A DNA stretch of 32,000 nucleotides, taken from positions 210,001 through 242,000 of the forward strand of contig NC_009033.1 in assembly GCF_000015945.1 (NCBI RefSeq), given 5' to 3'. Shown here piece by piece: positions 1 to 9,408 of the stretch. The translations under genes were made by a program, and so were the position numbers. Under the pieces are notes generated by a model, which ran no database searches, was not told where the DNA came from, and saw nothing but the letters and a program-made list of their open reading frames with translations. The stretch's first letter is position 1; each line of letters starts with the position of its first letter. This stretch comes from Staphylothermus marinus F1. GTDB taxonomy: Archaea; Thermoproteota; Thermoprotei_A; Sulfolobales; Desulfurococcaceae.

Positions 1-2049
1 AGATTCCTTGAAAAACCTAGTTGGTCCGAGGTATTTAGTGATTTAATCAATATGGGTATTTATATTTTAGAGCCTGAAGCACTAGAAATGATACCTTCAA
101 ACGAAGAATATGATTTTGCTAAGAATTTGATTCCTAAACTGTTAAGATTTGATAAGCCAGTATATGGGTGGAGAGCTGATAATTATTATTGGAGCGATAT
201 TGGAAGCATAAACCAGTATAAGGAAACACATAACGATATATTATCTGGCAAAGTAGGAATTGATACGAGTATGTTAGGTTTAGAAGTTGCTAAAGGAGTG
301 TATGTTGGCGAGAACACTAGTATAGATGATATTGATAATATTATTCCACCCGTTGTCATAGGGAAGGATACGAGAATAAAGAAAAACACTATTATAGGGC
401 CTTTCACGGTTATAGGTTCAAACAATATTATAGAAAATGGGGTAAGAATAGAGAAATCAATTATATGGGATCATAGCTATGTTGGTCCCGCAACAACAAT
501 AATTGACTCAATAATATGTAATAATGTACATATAAGCGATCACGTCGCCGTCATGGAGGGAGCAGTAATAGGTGATGATACAAGGATAGGTAGAGGATCA
601 ATTATAAGGCCTAATATTAAGATCTGGCCTTCAAAAGTAATTGATCCATATACGATTGTATCAATAAATATTAAATGGGGAATTAGATGGTATGAAACAC
701 TAATAGAGCCGTGGGGAATAACCGGTTTATTAAACATAGAAATAACTCCTGAATTAGCAACCAGAATAGGTTCTGCTTTTGGATCATCTCTTCCTAGGAG
801 CAGCTCGGTGGTTGTTGCAAGAGATACATATGCTAGTAGTAGAGTAGTAAAACACAGCATTATAGCAGGGCTAATGAGCTCTGGAATAAACATATACGAT
901 CTCGAAGTATCACCGCTTCCAGTATTAACATATTATATTAAGAAGAAAAAACTTAGAGGGGGAATACATGTTAGCTCACTAGTATATGATCCGTTGAGAA
1001 TACGTATTAAAATATTTGATCATACAGGTAAGTTCATAAATAGATCACAGGCTAAGAAAATAGAAAATATATTCTTCAAGGAAGCATTTAGAAAGGTTCT
1101 CGGAGACCAAGTAGGAGATCTTTACCCAACAATAGATCATATAGACCAATATATTTCAGACATATCAAAACATGTATCGCTCGAAAACATACGCAGACAG
1201 AGACGGGTCCTAATAGACTGCAACTATGGCTCAGCAGGTAGTTTATGGCCGAAACTAGTGAGAGAGCTGGGACTAACTGTTTACCAAGTAAACTGTAATG
1301 AACAATCTCCAATAATGCCTCCTCGAGAACCATTTATACATGCAAGTGTTGATTCAGCAATAAAAATCATCCCTCTCCTAGGCTTATCTGCTGGGTTCAT
1401 TTATGATAGTGATGCAGATAAGCTAATCGTAATTACTGATTCCGGAAAAGTTGTTTCAGGAGATCAGCTCATAGCCTTGGTAGCAAAAATATTATTGGAA
1501 ACGCATGGAAAAGGAAAAATAGTTATTCCGCATAATTCTTCAAAAGTAGTCATAGATACTATTAGAGAATACGGTGGAGAAATTATATTTGCAGAACAAG
1601 GATTAATGGGTTTATCAGAAAATATCAATGAAAATATTTTAATGGCCGCAGATGAGCGTGGAGGAATAATTTATCCATGGCTACATTACGGCTCAGATGC
1701 AATATTTACATCGCTTCTAATACTAGAATACCTTGGATCAACAGGTTATAATCTAAGCACACTTCTCGAACAACTGCCAAGGACAGCCGTGATAAAGAAA
1801 ACACTAGTTATCCCCTATGCTCAGAGAGGAAGATTCATGCGCATGATATATGAAGAATTAAGAGAAAAAGAAATAGATACACTAGATGGGATTAAGATTA
1901 TCGAGGAAAATCTTGGATCAGGATATATCAGACCATTACCTAATGAGCCTTTAATAGAAATAACCGCGGAATCAGATAATCAGGAAAGAGCGGAAAAACT
2001 TGCAAAAATGCTTCTAGACCTAGCATATAAGATCAAGTCAAAGCTTTAA
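1..2049 (+). CDS. Sugar-1-phosphate nucleotidyltransferase / left-handed beta-helix / phosphohexomutase-like fusion protein (5' end lies outside the window)
   Basis: The frame is open from nt 1 (RFLEKPSWSEVFSDLINMGIYILEPE is the end of an NTP-transferase fold), so the Met at 52 is internal. A hexapeptide-repeat (LbH) stretch spans ORF aa ~85-200. The C-terminal ~430 aa carry phosphohexomutase-like loops: DSDADK metal loop, DERGG sugar loop and RPLPNEP phosphate loop. Confidence 0.8.
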   Translation, partial: RFLEKPSWSEVFSDLINMGIYILEPEALEMIPSNEEYDFAKNLIPKLLRFDKPVYGWRADNYYWSDIGSINQYKETHNDILSGKVGIDTSMLGLEVAKGVYVGENTSIDDIDNIIPPVVIGKDTRIKKNTIIGPFTVIGSNNIIENGVRIEKSIIWDHSYVGPATTIIDSIICNNVHISDHVAVMEGAVIGDDTRIGRGSIIRPNIKIWPSKVIDPYTIVSINIKWGIRWYETLIEPWGITGLLNIEITPELATRIGSAFGSSLPRSSSVVVARDTYASSRVVKHSIIAGLMSSGINIYDLEVSPLPVLTYYIKKKKLRGGIHVSSLVYDPLRIRIKIFDHTGKFINRSQAKKIENIFFKEAFRKVLGDQVGDLYPTIDHIDQYISDISKHVSLENIRRQRRVLIDCNYGSAGSLWPKLVRELGLTVYQVNCNEQSPIMPPREPFIHASVDSAIKIIPLLGLSAGFIYDSDADKLIVITDSGKVVSGDQLIALVAKILLETHGKGKIVIPHNSSKVVIDTIREYGGEIIFAEQGLMGLSENINENILMAADERGGIIYPWLHYGSDAIFTSLLILEYLGSTGYNLSTLLEQLPRTAVIKKTLVIPYAQRGRFMRMIYEELREKEIDTLDGIKIIEENLGSGYIRPLPNEPLIEITAESDNQERAEKLAKMLLDLAYKIKSKL

Positions 2050-2136
2050 TCTTTAATACCTCTTAGCTTAATTAGAACTAACTATATCACTCAAAAATAT
2101 TGTTTATGGAATGAAAATTGAGAGGGCGATATCATA

Positions 2137-2868
2137 TTGTCTGATGTAAATATATTGATCATAAATGCGTCTCCGAGAAAATATGGAGATTCCACAAAGC
2201 TGTCCGCAATAGCTGAGAAAGGAGTATTAGATGCTGGAGGAAAACCTGAGAAGATATTCTTGTACGATTACAATATAAAAGAATGTATGGGATGCGTATC
2301 AGATGATCAAAAAATATGTAGGTTTCCATGCATAATAAGAGATGACGACTTCAATATGCTTGGAGAAAAAGTTCTAGGAAGCGATGGTTTCATCGTAGTA
2401 TCTCCAATCTACTGGTACAGTGTTCCAGGTAGACTGAAAAACTTCATAGATAGAATGACAAGCATGGAGAACATGATAGTACATATAGGGAGAAGCCTGC
2501 TTGAAGGAAAAGTAGCTGGATTCATTGTTACAGGAAGTGATAGTGGAAGTCTTTTAGAGATAGCCTATTTAATGGTTGTAATGAATAGCATGGGGATCCA
2601 TATACCTGCTTGGGCACTAGCATATCACCATTCTATGGAAGAAGTATTAAACGATGAGCAAGCAGTCCGAGACTCATATAATGTAGGATTCATAGTTACA
2701 ATAGCGGCTAAAATGTTAAAGGAAAGAAAACAATGGTATAAAAGCGATGTAGACATTGAAGAACTAAGAAAGATTGCTTCAAAGAGCATAGAGGGGTACA
2801 TTGAGGATAAACGTTTAAGACTACAATTCTATAGACAAGCATTAAGCAGGGAGGATAATGAAGGGTAA
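2137..2868 (+). CDS. Iron-sulfur flavoprotein / NADPH-dependent FMN reductase family (flavodoxin-like fold)
   Basis: N-terminal ILIINASPRK plus VVSPIYWYSVPGRLKNFIDR are typical of the FMN_red/Isf family. A compact Cys cluster CMGC-x7-C-x3-C sits where Isf proteins bind a 4Fe-4S cluster. TTG start. Confidence 0.7.
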   Translation: MSDVNILIINASPRKYGDSTKLSAIAEKGVLDAGGKPEKIFLYDYNIKECMGCVSDDQKICRFPCIIRDDDFNMLGEKVLGSDGFIVVSPIYWYSVPGRLKNFIDRMTSMENMIVHIGRSLLEGKVAGFIVTGSDSGSLLEIAYLMVVMNSMGIHIPAWALAYHHSMEEVLNDEQAVRDSYNVGFIVTIAAKMLKERKQWYKSDVDIEELRKIASKSIEGYIEDKRLRLQFYRQALSREDNEG

Positions 2869-2898
2869 AACAAGCTGTAATATTTATCGCAGCAAATC

Positions 2899-3609
2899 TT
2901 ATTGACCACATTTATGAGTTTCAACAATTTTCCTTATAATTCTCGATACACTATATAAGTTCTCATCTATCCTTTTATCAAGTCTCTCCACTTTAACACT
3001 TGATAACCCCCTTGCTTCCAATTCTTTTTTCAACTTCTCTTCCTGGGGCCACTGATCAGGCCCTAAAAGTATGATGTCTGGCTTAATGTTCTCTACTGGT
3101 TTTAAATAATCGTGTTCATCGCCGAGAACAGCTTTATAAACATACTTAATATTTTCTACAACCTTGAGCCTTTGATTCTCAGGTATTACTGGTTCTCTTT
3201 TCTTGAATTTTTTAAAGTTTTTATCTCTTGCTACAACTACGTATACTCTTCCTTTTTCCCATGCTTTTTTGAAGAGGTATATGTGTCCGGGATGAATTAT
3301 TTCGAATCCTCCAGCCACTAGTACTTTTGGCCTATTTAGAAGTTTTGATAATGGTTCCCAGAATATATTGATTTTACCGAGATACCGTAGACTATCAATT
3401 AATCCTTCAGCATAAGCTACACAGGCTAAGCTGGTCTCATAATCTTTTTTATCAAAATAATACTTAGCATCTGAGAGGTAAGCCTCAGCTATCTCGATAA
3501 GCTTTTTCTCTTTATCTCCGAGTTTTGACTTATCTATTTGGTTCAATGCTTTTTCAACATTTAATATATAAGCATCAACCCTATTTCTTAGCTGTATTTT
3601 CATAATCAT
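2899..3609 (-). CDS. ribL: FAD synthase (RibL-type cytidylyltransferase) with an N-terminal helical domain
   Basis: The C-terminal half reads VLVAGGFEIIHPGHIYLFKKA...VVVARD...VIPENQRLKVVENIKYV, i.e. an HxGH nucleotidyltransferase motif and the archaeal RibL-like layout. An ~90 aa helical domain precedes it. Confidence 0.7.
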   Translation of the reverse strand: MIMKIQLRNRVDAYILNVEKALNQIDKSKLGDKEKKLIEIAEAYLSDAKYYFDKKDYETSLACVAYAEGLIDSLRYLGKINIFWEPLSKLLNRPKVLVAGGFEIIHPGHIYLFKKAWEKGRVYVVVARDKNFKKFKKREPVIPENQRLKVVENIKYVYKAVLGDEHDYLKPVENIKPDIILLGPDQWPQEEKLKKELEARGLSSVKVERLDKRIDENLYSVSRIIRKIVETHKCGQ

Positions 3610-3757
3610 TCATCTCCATCAACTATATATCTCTATAAAAATATTTGTTAAACACTCAGACCCCTATTCCGATTACTCCTAGCTAGGTAAAAGTTATTTT
3701 TGCCTTATGTTAACTCTATATGTTATGATAATAATTGCTTCCCAGGGATAAAGCCTA

Positions 3758-5527
3758 ATGGTTTGGGGTAAGGGATTAGCCAGGAGATTATATGGTTTAA
3801 CAGGGGTAGTGTGGTCCAAGTATTTAGATATAGATGAAAGGGGTAGGCTCATAGTTAAACTAAAGGGGTACAAGATAGACATAGCAAAACTAGTATCTGA
3901 CAAGCAATTGCCAGGAGCCCATATACGAATACTGCCTATTATACGATACATGATGGATCAAGTCTATGAAGCATTCATGGAAGCATTTAGGAAATTTGGG
4001 TACAAGGGAGCATTTAAACCAGTATACCCATTGAAATCCAACTCTACTCCTATAGTAGTCGATACTATCTGGCGATATGGTATAAAATATAGTTGGGGAT
4101 TCAATGCTGGAACATATCCAGAAGTAAAACTTATTTCTAAATATATAAATGAAAAACCAAGACTTCTAGTTGTTGATGGTATTAAAGATAATAAATTGCT
4201 TGATCTACTTTCAAAGATGTGTGATAGCTGGGAGATAATTGTAGATATCGAAAGCATGAGAGACGCTGACCTATTATCGAAATATCAAGATCTAAATATT
4301 GGTTTAAGAGTTAAAGTTACCTCCAAAAGTTCTGGTTTATGGAGCCATTCAAGCGGTTTAGACTCCAAATTTGGACTATTAATTAACACGTTAGACGAAA
4401 TGGTTGAAAAACATCCGTGGGTACCTAATAGAACAGTTTTATTGCATGTACATGCAGGATCACAAATTACAGATAAGAACAGATTAGAGGATATTATTAG
4501 AGAAACAATAATCTTATATAATAACTTAGTAAAAACTGGTTTTAAGAATATTAGATACATTGATTTCGGCGGCGGTCTTGCATATCCCTATATTGAAGCA
4601 TCTAATCATGTGTTCTCAGCTAATTATAGCTTAAACGAATATGCTGAGATACTAGTTAAAGAATTGGTTAAATCAGCAGAAAATACACCGGATATAGTTT
4701 TTGAGGGTGGAAGATATATAGTTGCTCCACATAGAATAACGGTTACAAAAATAATAGATACAAGGCCTTATTCTACCTCTGACCGTGGTGAAACAAGTTA
4801 TCCTATTGTGGAGGAGATTAAGAATACAGAGAATATTAAGGAACTCGTATATGTATCTAGGAAGGCTAGAGAAGTAATTACTAGGCTAATGCTTAAATTC
4901 CCAATAAATATTGAGTCTAGGAGAATACTTGAAAAGCTGTTAACCTCGATAAACGAGGCAATAACTAGTAAGGCATATGAGATAATACATAGAGATAATG
5001 ATAAGGCATTAGAGGAGTTGATTAAAACACCAAACTATGTACTTGAAGAACTAGTGAGTCCTACCCGTCGATTCTTTGCATCATTCTCATTATTTTCGCA
5101 CTTACCAGACACAATAATTGCGGATCAATATTTCAAGATTATTCCGTTGCAGAGACTTAACGAAAAACCAGAAGTCCTAGGTGTAATAAGTGATCTTACA
5201 TGCGACAGTATGGGCGAATACAGTTCATTCATAACGTTTTTACCAAACAATATTGAATATGAAACAGAAGATCTATTTACATCGCTGGATCACAAACTCA
5301 TGTTTATCCCTGGAAAAACTTTAAGACTAAAAGGAGTACCCCTACATATTCCGCGGAAAAACGAAGATTATTATATAGCATTTCTAGACACTGGTGCCTA
5401 TCAGGATATGCTCTCAATGAATCATAACTTATTAAACGGATATCCAGAAATCATTATAGATATAATTAATGATAATTTAAAAATAATCTATGAAAATCTA
5501 GAATCTGCAGAAAACTATCCATTATGA
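3758..5527 (+). CDS. speA: PLP-dependent biosynthetic arginine decarboxylase (SpeA-like, Orn/DAP/Arg decarboxylase fold)
   Basis: VYPLKSNS (PLP-lysine motif, cf. YPIKVNQ), HVHAGSQI (cf. HFHLGSQ) and DFGGGLAYPY (cf. GGGLGVDY). The N-terminus (YGL...YLDIDERGRLIVK) resembles the SpeA N-terminal region. Confidence 0.75.
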   Translation: MVWGKGLARRLYGLTGVVWSKYLDIDERGRLIVKLKGYKIDIAKLVSDKQLPGAHIRILPIIRYMMDQVYEAFMEAFRKFGYKGAFKPVYPLKSNSTPIVVDTIWRYGIKYSWGFNAGTYPEVKLISKYINEKPRLLVVDGIKDNKLLDLLSKMCDSWEIIVDIESMRDADLLSKYQDLNIGLRVKVTSKSSGLWSHSSGLDSKFGLLINTLDEMVEKHPWVPNRTVLLHVHAGSQITDKNRLEDIIRETIILYNNLVKTGFKNIRYIDFGGGLAYPYIEASNHVFSANYSLNEYAEILVKELVKSAENTPDIVFEGGRYIVAPHRITVTKIIDTRPYSTSDRGETSYPIVEEIKNTENIKELVYVSRKAREVITRLMLKFPINIESRRILEKLLTSINEAITSKAYEIIHRDNDKALEELIKTPNYVLEELVSPTRRFFASFSLFSHLPDTIIADQYFKIIPLQRLNEKPEVLGVISDLTCDSMGEYSSFITFLPNNIEYETEDLFTSLDHKLMFIPGKTLRLKGVPLHIPRKNEDYYIAFLDTGAYQDMLSMNHNLLNGYPEIIIDIINDNLKIIYENLESAENYPL

Positions 5528-5541
5528 TTTTTAGTAGACAA

Positions 5542-5781
5542 TCATTTCTTTATCTTTTTCGAGATAACTACTAGTGTAGATGTTGATACTACATTAGTTA
5601 TAGAGCGTATTTTCTCTATAATTTTCTTTAACTGCTCGAGACTTATATCTTGAGTAACAACTATTAGATCATAATCTCCGAAAACTCTATATATTCTACT
5701 AACATGTTCTATGCTGAAAATTTTATCCATAACTTCTTTTTCATATCCTGGTTTTATCCTAACAAATATTATTCCAGACAA
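5542..5781 (-). CDS. Stand-alone Lrp/AsnC-type ligand-binding (RAM) domain protein
   Basis: 79 aa with a beta-alpha-beta-beta-alpha-beta pattern (IFVRIKPG...FGDYDLIVVTQDISLEQLKKIIEKIRSITNVVSTSTLVV), typical of the AsnC_trans_reg domain. There is no HTH domain. Confidence 0.65.
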   Translation of the reverse strand: MSGIIFVRIKPGYEKEVMDKIFSIEHVSRIYRVFGDYDLIVVTQDISLEQLKKIIEKIRSITNVVSTSTLVVISKKIKK

Positions 5782-5861
5782 TTATTTCTCATCCTTGTAA
5801 ATTATTTTATCCAACCTAAAATTTATGTATGTAACTAAGCTTTAAAAGTATGAATCATTCT

Positions 5862-7412
5862 CTATGTTGGAGTAGCTATTATGCTTTTTGCAGCAACTTT
5901 CTTGACTCTAACATCTATTATTTTCCTTAATGGGAGCTTACCAGGTATTTTCACTATTATAGGGTAGCTTGCTGGTTGTCTAGCAATAGTATATTCTCCC
6001 ACTTGTTTCTCAGTATATAGATATCTTAGAATACTATTTATGGGTGCTATTTTCTGAAGCATTGCACGATCAATTTCGTTCATTATCTTTATTCGGTATA
6101 TATTATATATTCTTTTGTGTTTTCTCAATAATTGTTCAACTGTTTTCTTATGCATCCATAGAGGCGTATTTTCCAGCACTGATACCTTCCGTATATTTAT
6201 TCTTCTAATAAGTAATCCTTCTTCATATATTTTCTTTAAGTATTCATAGTTAATCCTGAATGTATTCTTGGTTTCTCCGGGCAAACCATATAGTAGATTT
6301 ACACCTGGAAGCAGATGGGGTAAACCATTCCATCCCCTATGTCTTCCAATCTCATTTATAATTTTAATGACTACTAGTGCTTCTTCGGGATAAACTTTTA
6401 AATTATTCATTCTAACAACTTTTTCATCGAAAGACTCTATTCCGAGAGCAGCTACATCACCTGGTGTATGATATTTTACGATAGTCTTTAGTGCTTTAAT
6501 CGATTTTTCAGGGTTATGTATAATTGTCCCAGGATTAACATTGTCAATATGTAGAACTCTCAGTCCCGGTGCTACGTTTCTTATCCCATGAAATAGTTTC
6601 TCTAAAGCTTCAATGTTTGGTTCAGGATACTCTTTCTCTCCAACACCTTTACCCATATATGCCAATATATCTGGTTGACGGCCTATTCTGAAATGCCGTG
6701 CTCCAAACCGGTATAGTTGTTCTATTTCCTTCACAATGTTTTCGGGATTCCTCATCAATGGCCTACCATATCTTGGTTCTGTGCAGAAACTACATCCACC
6801 AACTACCCATCTAGGGCATCCACGGAAAGTTTCTATTTCAACTATTAGGTTCCAGCCATAGTTCGGGTGTTGTTTAATTATTTTTGCTCCTAGAATAAAT
6901 GCTTTATTAGCTAGTTCATAGTTTTCCCTGAGCTTCCATGGCTCAGCTTTTTCGGCACCATATTTGATTAGATTATAAAAGTATATTTCTGGATCACCAT
7001 ATACGAGCTCATCAAATATTCTATATAATATTTTTCTTTCAACAGCAACTGAGCCCCCGCCTATTCCAAAACCATATCTCGCAGCCGGACCGACAAGTAT
7101 TTTGAAAGTATCTTTTAAGAGGAAAGCTAGTTTCTCAGCTTCTCTGTAACTTAGTGGTTTTCCACCAATATATTTTCCTGGAACTTCTGGCCCCGCAATA
7201 AATACGGCAAGATCAGATTTTCTTGCTTGATCTATGAATGATTCAATATTATTTCTAACCTCATCAATAGTCCAATAAATTATATTAACATCTTTTTTAG
7301 CCATCCAAACTGCTCCAGCAATAAGCCTGGGATAAACATCAATATATGGAGGAACACCTAAGCCTGCTGGTTCATCATTGTATCCATCAACGATTATTAT
7401 TTTACTATACAC
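5862..7412 (-). CDS. Radical SAM protein with an N-terminal Rossmann/B12-binding-like domain (function unknown)
   Basis: FRGCPRWVVGGCSFCTEPRYGRPLMRNPENIVKEIEQL resembles the RGC..GGCSFC cluster region of the YgiQ/UPF0313-like radical SAM enzymes. TIM-barrel-like motifs follow (HFRIG, HIDNVNPG). Confidence 0.6.
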   Translation of the reverse strand: MYSKIIIVDGYNDEPAGLGVPPYIDVYPRLIAGAVWMAKKDVNIIYWTIDEVRNNIESFIDQARKSDLAVFIAGPEVPGKYIGGKPLSYREAEKLAFLLKDTFKILVGPAARYGFGIGGGSVAVERKILYRIFDELVYGDPEIYFYNLIKYGAEKAEPWKLRENYELANKAFILGAKIIKQHPNYGWNLIVEIETFRGCPRWVVGGCSFCTEPRYGRPLMRNPENIVKEIEQLYRFGARHFRIGRQPDILAYMGKGVGEKEYPEPNIEALEKLFHGIRNVAPGLRVLHIDNVNPGTIIHNPEKSIKALKTIVKYHTPGDVAALGIESFDEKVVRMNNLKVYPEEALVVIKIINEIGRHRGWNGLPHLLPGVNLLYGLPGETKNTFRINYEYLKKIYEEGLLIRRINIRKVSVLENTPLWMHKKTVEQLLRKHKRIYNIYRIKIMNEIDRAMLQKIAPINSILRYLYTEKQVGEYTIARQPASYPIIVKIPGKLPLRKIIDVRVKKVAAKSIIATPT

Positions 7413-7539
7413 ATTACCCTCCCACTTTCATAATTAAAGAAACAATCTTTTATACTGTTATATTTATCTAGAATGTTCAGAAGAGGATTGTTTTAGATAA
7501 AAAACTTTATATTAATCAATACCATAACCATATAGTTTA

Positions 7540-8928
7540 TTACGATTTTCCAGCCTCTTCTGTTGATTTTGAAGCCTCTCTCCATGCTAGCCTAGTATAA
7601 TGAAATACCACGGGTATTAGTACTAGTGCGAATGCTATGCTTAGACCCCAAGCTATTGTGTTTATCACACTTGTTGCTCCAACAAACTGTGAGAATATAC
7701 CGCTTGCACCGATCACTATAAATATTAATACTATCAATGATTCTATAAATGGTGCTAGCCTCTTATATGTTGGATAAGTCTCAGCCAGTACTGATCCAAC
7801 TGTTCCAGCTACATATACTCCCACAACTATTACTATAATACCAAGTATTAATGGGTAAATAAGTGATCCTTGCAACAACATGATGTTTAATGATATAGTT
7901 AATATAACCGTTATTAAGCCGAGCAGTATAAGGTTCTCCGCTAAACTAGCCAGTCCAGAGTATTTCTCCTTAAACATTGCATGCAAGAACTTTCCAACAT
8001 ACCTCGCTAAAGCAACGCTAAGTATTAAGCCAAGTGTTAATAGTGTTATTCCCCCTATCAGCTTAGGCAGATATAATGCTATCTGGTATACTAGTTCGCC
8101 AGTCAATCCTCCAAGATTAATAATCTCCACTGCTGCAACAATTGATACCACAATTACAAAGGCTTTAGTCAAGCCACCTATTAGACCAGATAAATCAATA
8201 TTCATAGACTTAATGCTTTGACCAATATCTGTTGCTTCAAGGGGTTTCTCCACAATTGCATCAATGATCTTATCAACAATTTTACCAATAGCATCTCCTA
8301 GGACATATCCTATAAACAATATTATAGAGGCTGTAATAAAGCCCGGTGCCGCCGACACTATGTAGTCGAGGAGTAAATTATACTGAAACATAACCTTAAC
8401 CGCTAAAGCTATGACAAAGACAGACAATACTAGTGCTGTAATATCATAAATTAATGAAACAGCTAATTCATGTTTATCCTTGAAAGAGCCCCCGAAAAAG
8501 TTTGCAATATACTCAGCAAATATTATTGATACAGGGATACCTATGGCTAGTATTGTTATGCCTGCAGTTATGTTGAGTATAGCTATTGCTATAGCTCTCA
8601 CCAATTCGCCTGTATAACCTGTCAATGATAATATATCGATGGCAGCTACGATAGAAATAATGATTACAAGAGCCATCACCAAGATCCCTATTAAATTACC
8701 GAGATCAACACCTGCCTCCTTAATAGATTTTCCAAATTTTGTCTTCTCTAATGGTTTTTCAAATAATTTATTTATGATAATACTTGTAGCATCCTTTACA
8801 AGAACACCAACAATATAACCAATCAATACTATAATAATTGCACCTATGATTTTCGGCAGATAATATATTATCTGCGAGATCGCTTCGTTAAACGAAGAAG
8901 ATAAGTTCCCTAGTACGTCACTCAACAA
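7540..8928 (-). CDS. Polytopic membrane protein with an internally duplicated TM-helix module (resembles the N-terminal repeat of mechanosensitive-channel proteins)
   Basis: Two clearly homologous ~170 aa halves: LPKIIGAIIIVLIGYIVG...EKPLEKTKFGKSIKEAGVDLGNLIG...SIVAAIDILSLTGYTGELV versus FITASIILFIGYVLG...EKPLEATDIGQSIKSMNIDLSGLIG...SIVAAVEIINLGGLTGELV. Strongly hydrophobic throughout. Confidence 0.6.
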   Translation of the reverse strand: MLSDVLGNLSSSFNEAISQIIYYLPKIIGAIIIVLIGYIVGVLVKDATSIIINKLFEKPLEKTKFGKSIKEAGVDLGNLIGILVMALVIIISIVAAIDILSLTGYTGELVRAIAIAILNITAGITILAIGIPVSIIFAEYIANFFGGSFKDKHELAVSLIYDITALVLSVFVIALAVKVMFQYNLLLDYIVSAAPGFITASIILFIGYVLGDAIGKIVDKIIDAIVEKPLEATDIGQSIKSMNIDLSGLIGGLTKAFVIVVSIVAAVEIINLGGLTGELVYQIALYLPKLIGGITLLTLGLILSVALARYVGKFLHAMFKEKYSGLASLAENLILLGLITVILTISLNIMLLQGSLIYPLILGIIVIVVGVYVAGTVGSVLAETYPTYKRLAPFIESLIVLIFIVIGASGIFSQFVGATSVINTIAWGLSIAFALVLIPVVFHYTRLAWREASKSTEEAGKS

Positions 8929-9369
8929 CGATCACCATAGATCACGTAAATTATACTATATATCTCTTTTTCAATACAAGAAATAAAAAGATTCCATCTA
9001 ATTTATAAACATTAAATCAATAATTAATTTAGTAAATATTAAAATTAAAAATATCCATTAGAAATTAGAAAAAGATAATAATATAATGAATTTAATACAG
9101 AAAATTTTTCTAGCTAACAAATATTTCATTGTATTATTTCATATTCGAATTGCTGTTACAAGCTTAACATTCTCCTCAATAATACTTCATATTTATATGT
9201 AAACAAGATAGTTAAAGAGTTAATAAGTGACCTACTCTAATGCATAATAGTATTTTACAACGGTAACGATCATCTATGGATTATAGAAAAGATTATTTCT
9301 AACAAGTTAGATAGAGACTATTTGCTTATTTGGATATTATGGTTGTTTTGATGGATTGGCGGGGTTCGT

Positions 9370-9377
9370 TTTATAAA
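9370..9377 (+). promoter_or_regulatory. TATA-like box (TTTATAAA) conserved in both repeat copies, ~30 nt upstream of the conserved GC-rich core
   Basis: The same octamer occurs at the equivalent position of copy 2 (24136-24143). Its spacing is compatible with an archaeal promoter firing into the conserved core. Confidence 0.35.
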
Positions 9378-9408
9378 TCCTCACTAATATAATGGTTAAT
9401 GATTTGGG

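Noticed and set aside
9086-9202. 38-aa hydrophobic ORF (MNLIQKIFLANKYFIVLFHIRIAVTSLTFSSIILHIYM) in the AT-rich gap.
   Set aside because: It is short, its composition simply mirrors AT-rich DNA, and it has no ribosome-binding or promoter context that I can support.
8929-9315. Replication origin in the AT-rich tract.
   Set aside because: I could find no ORB/mini-ORB-like repeated boxes (for example a TCCAGTGGAAA-type box), no inverted box pairs, and no adjacent cdc6/orc1 or whiP gene. It is kept only as a low-interest finding.
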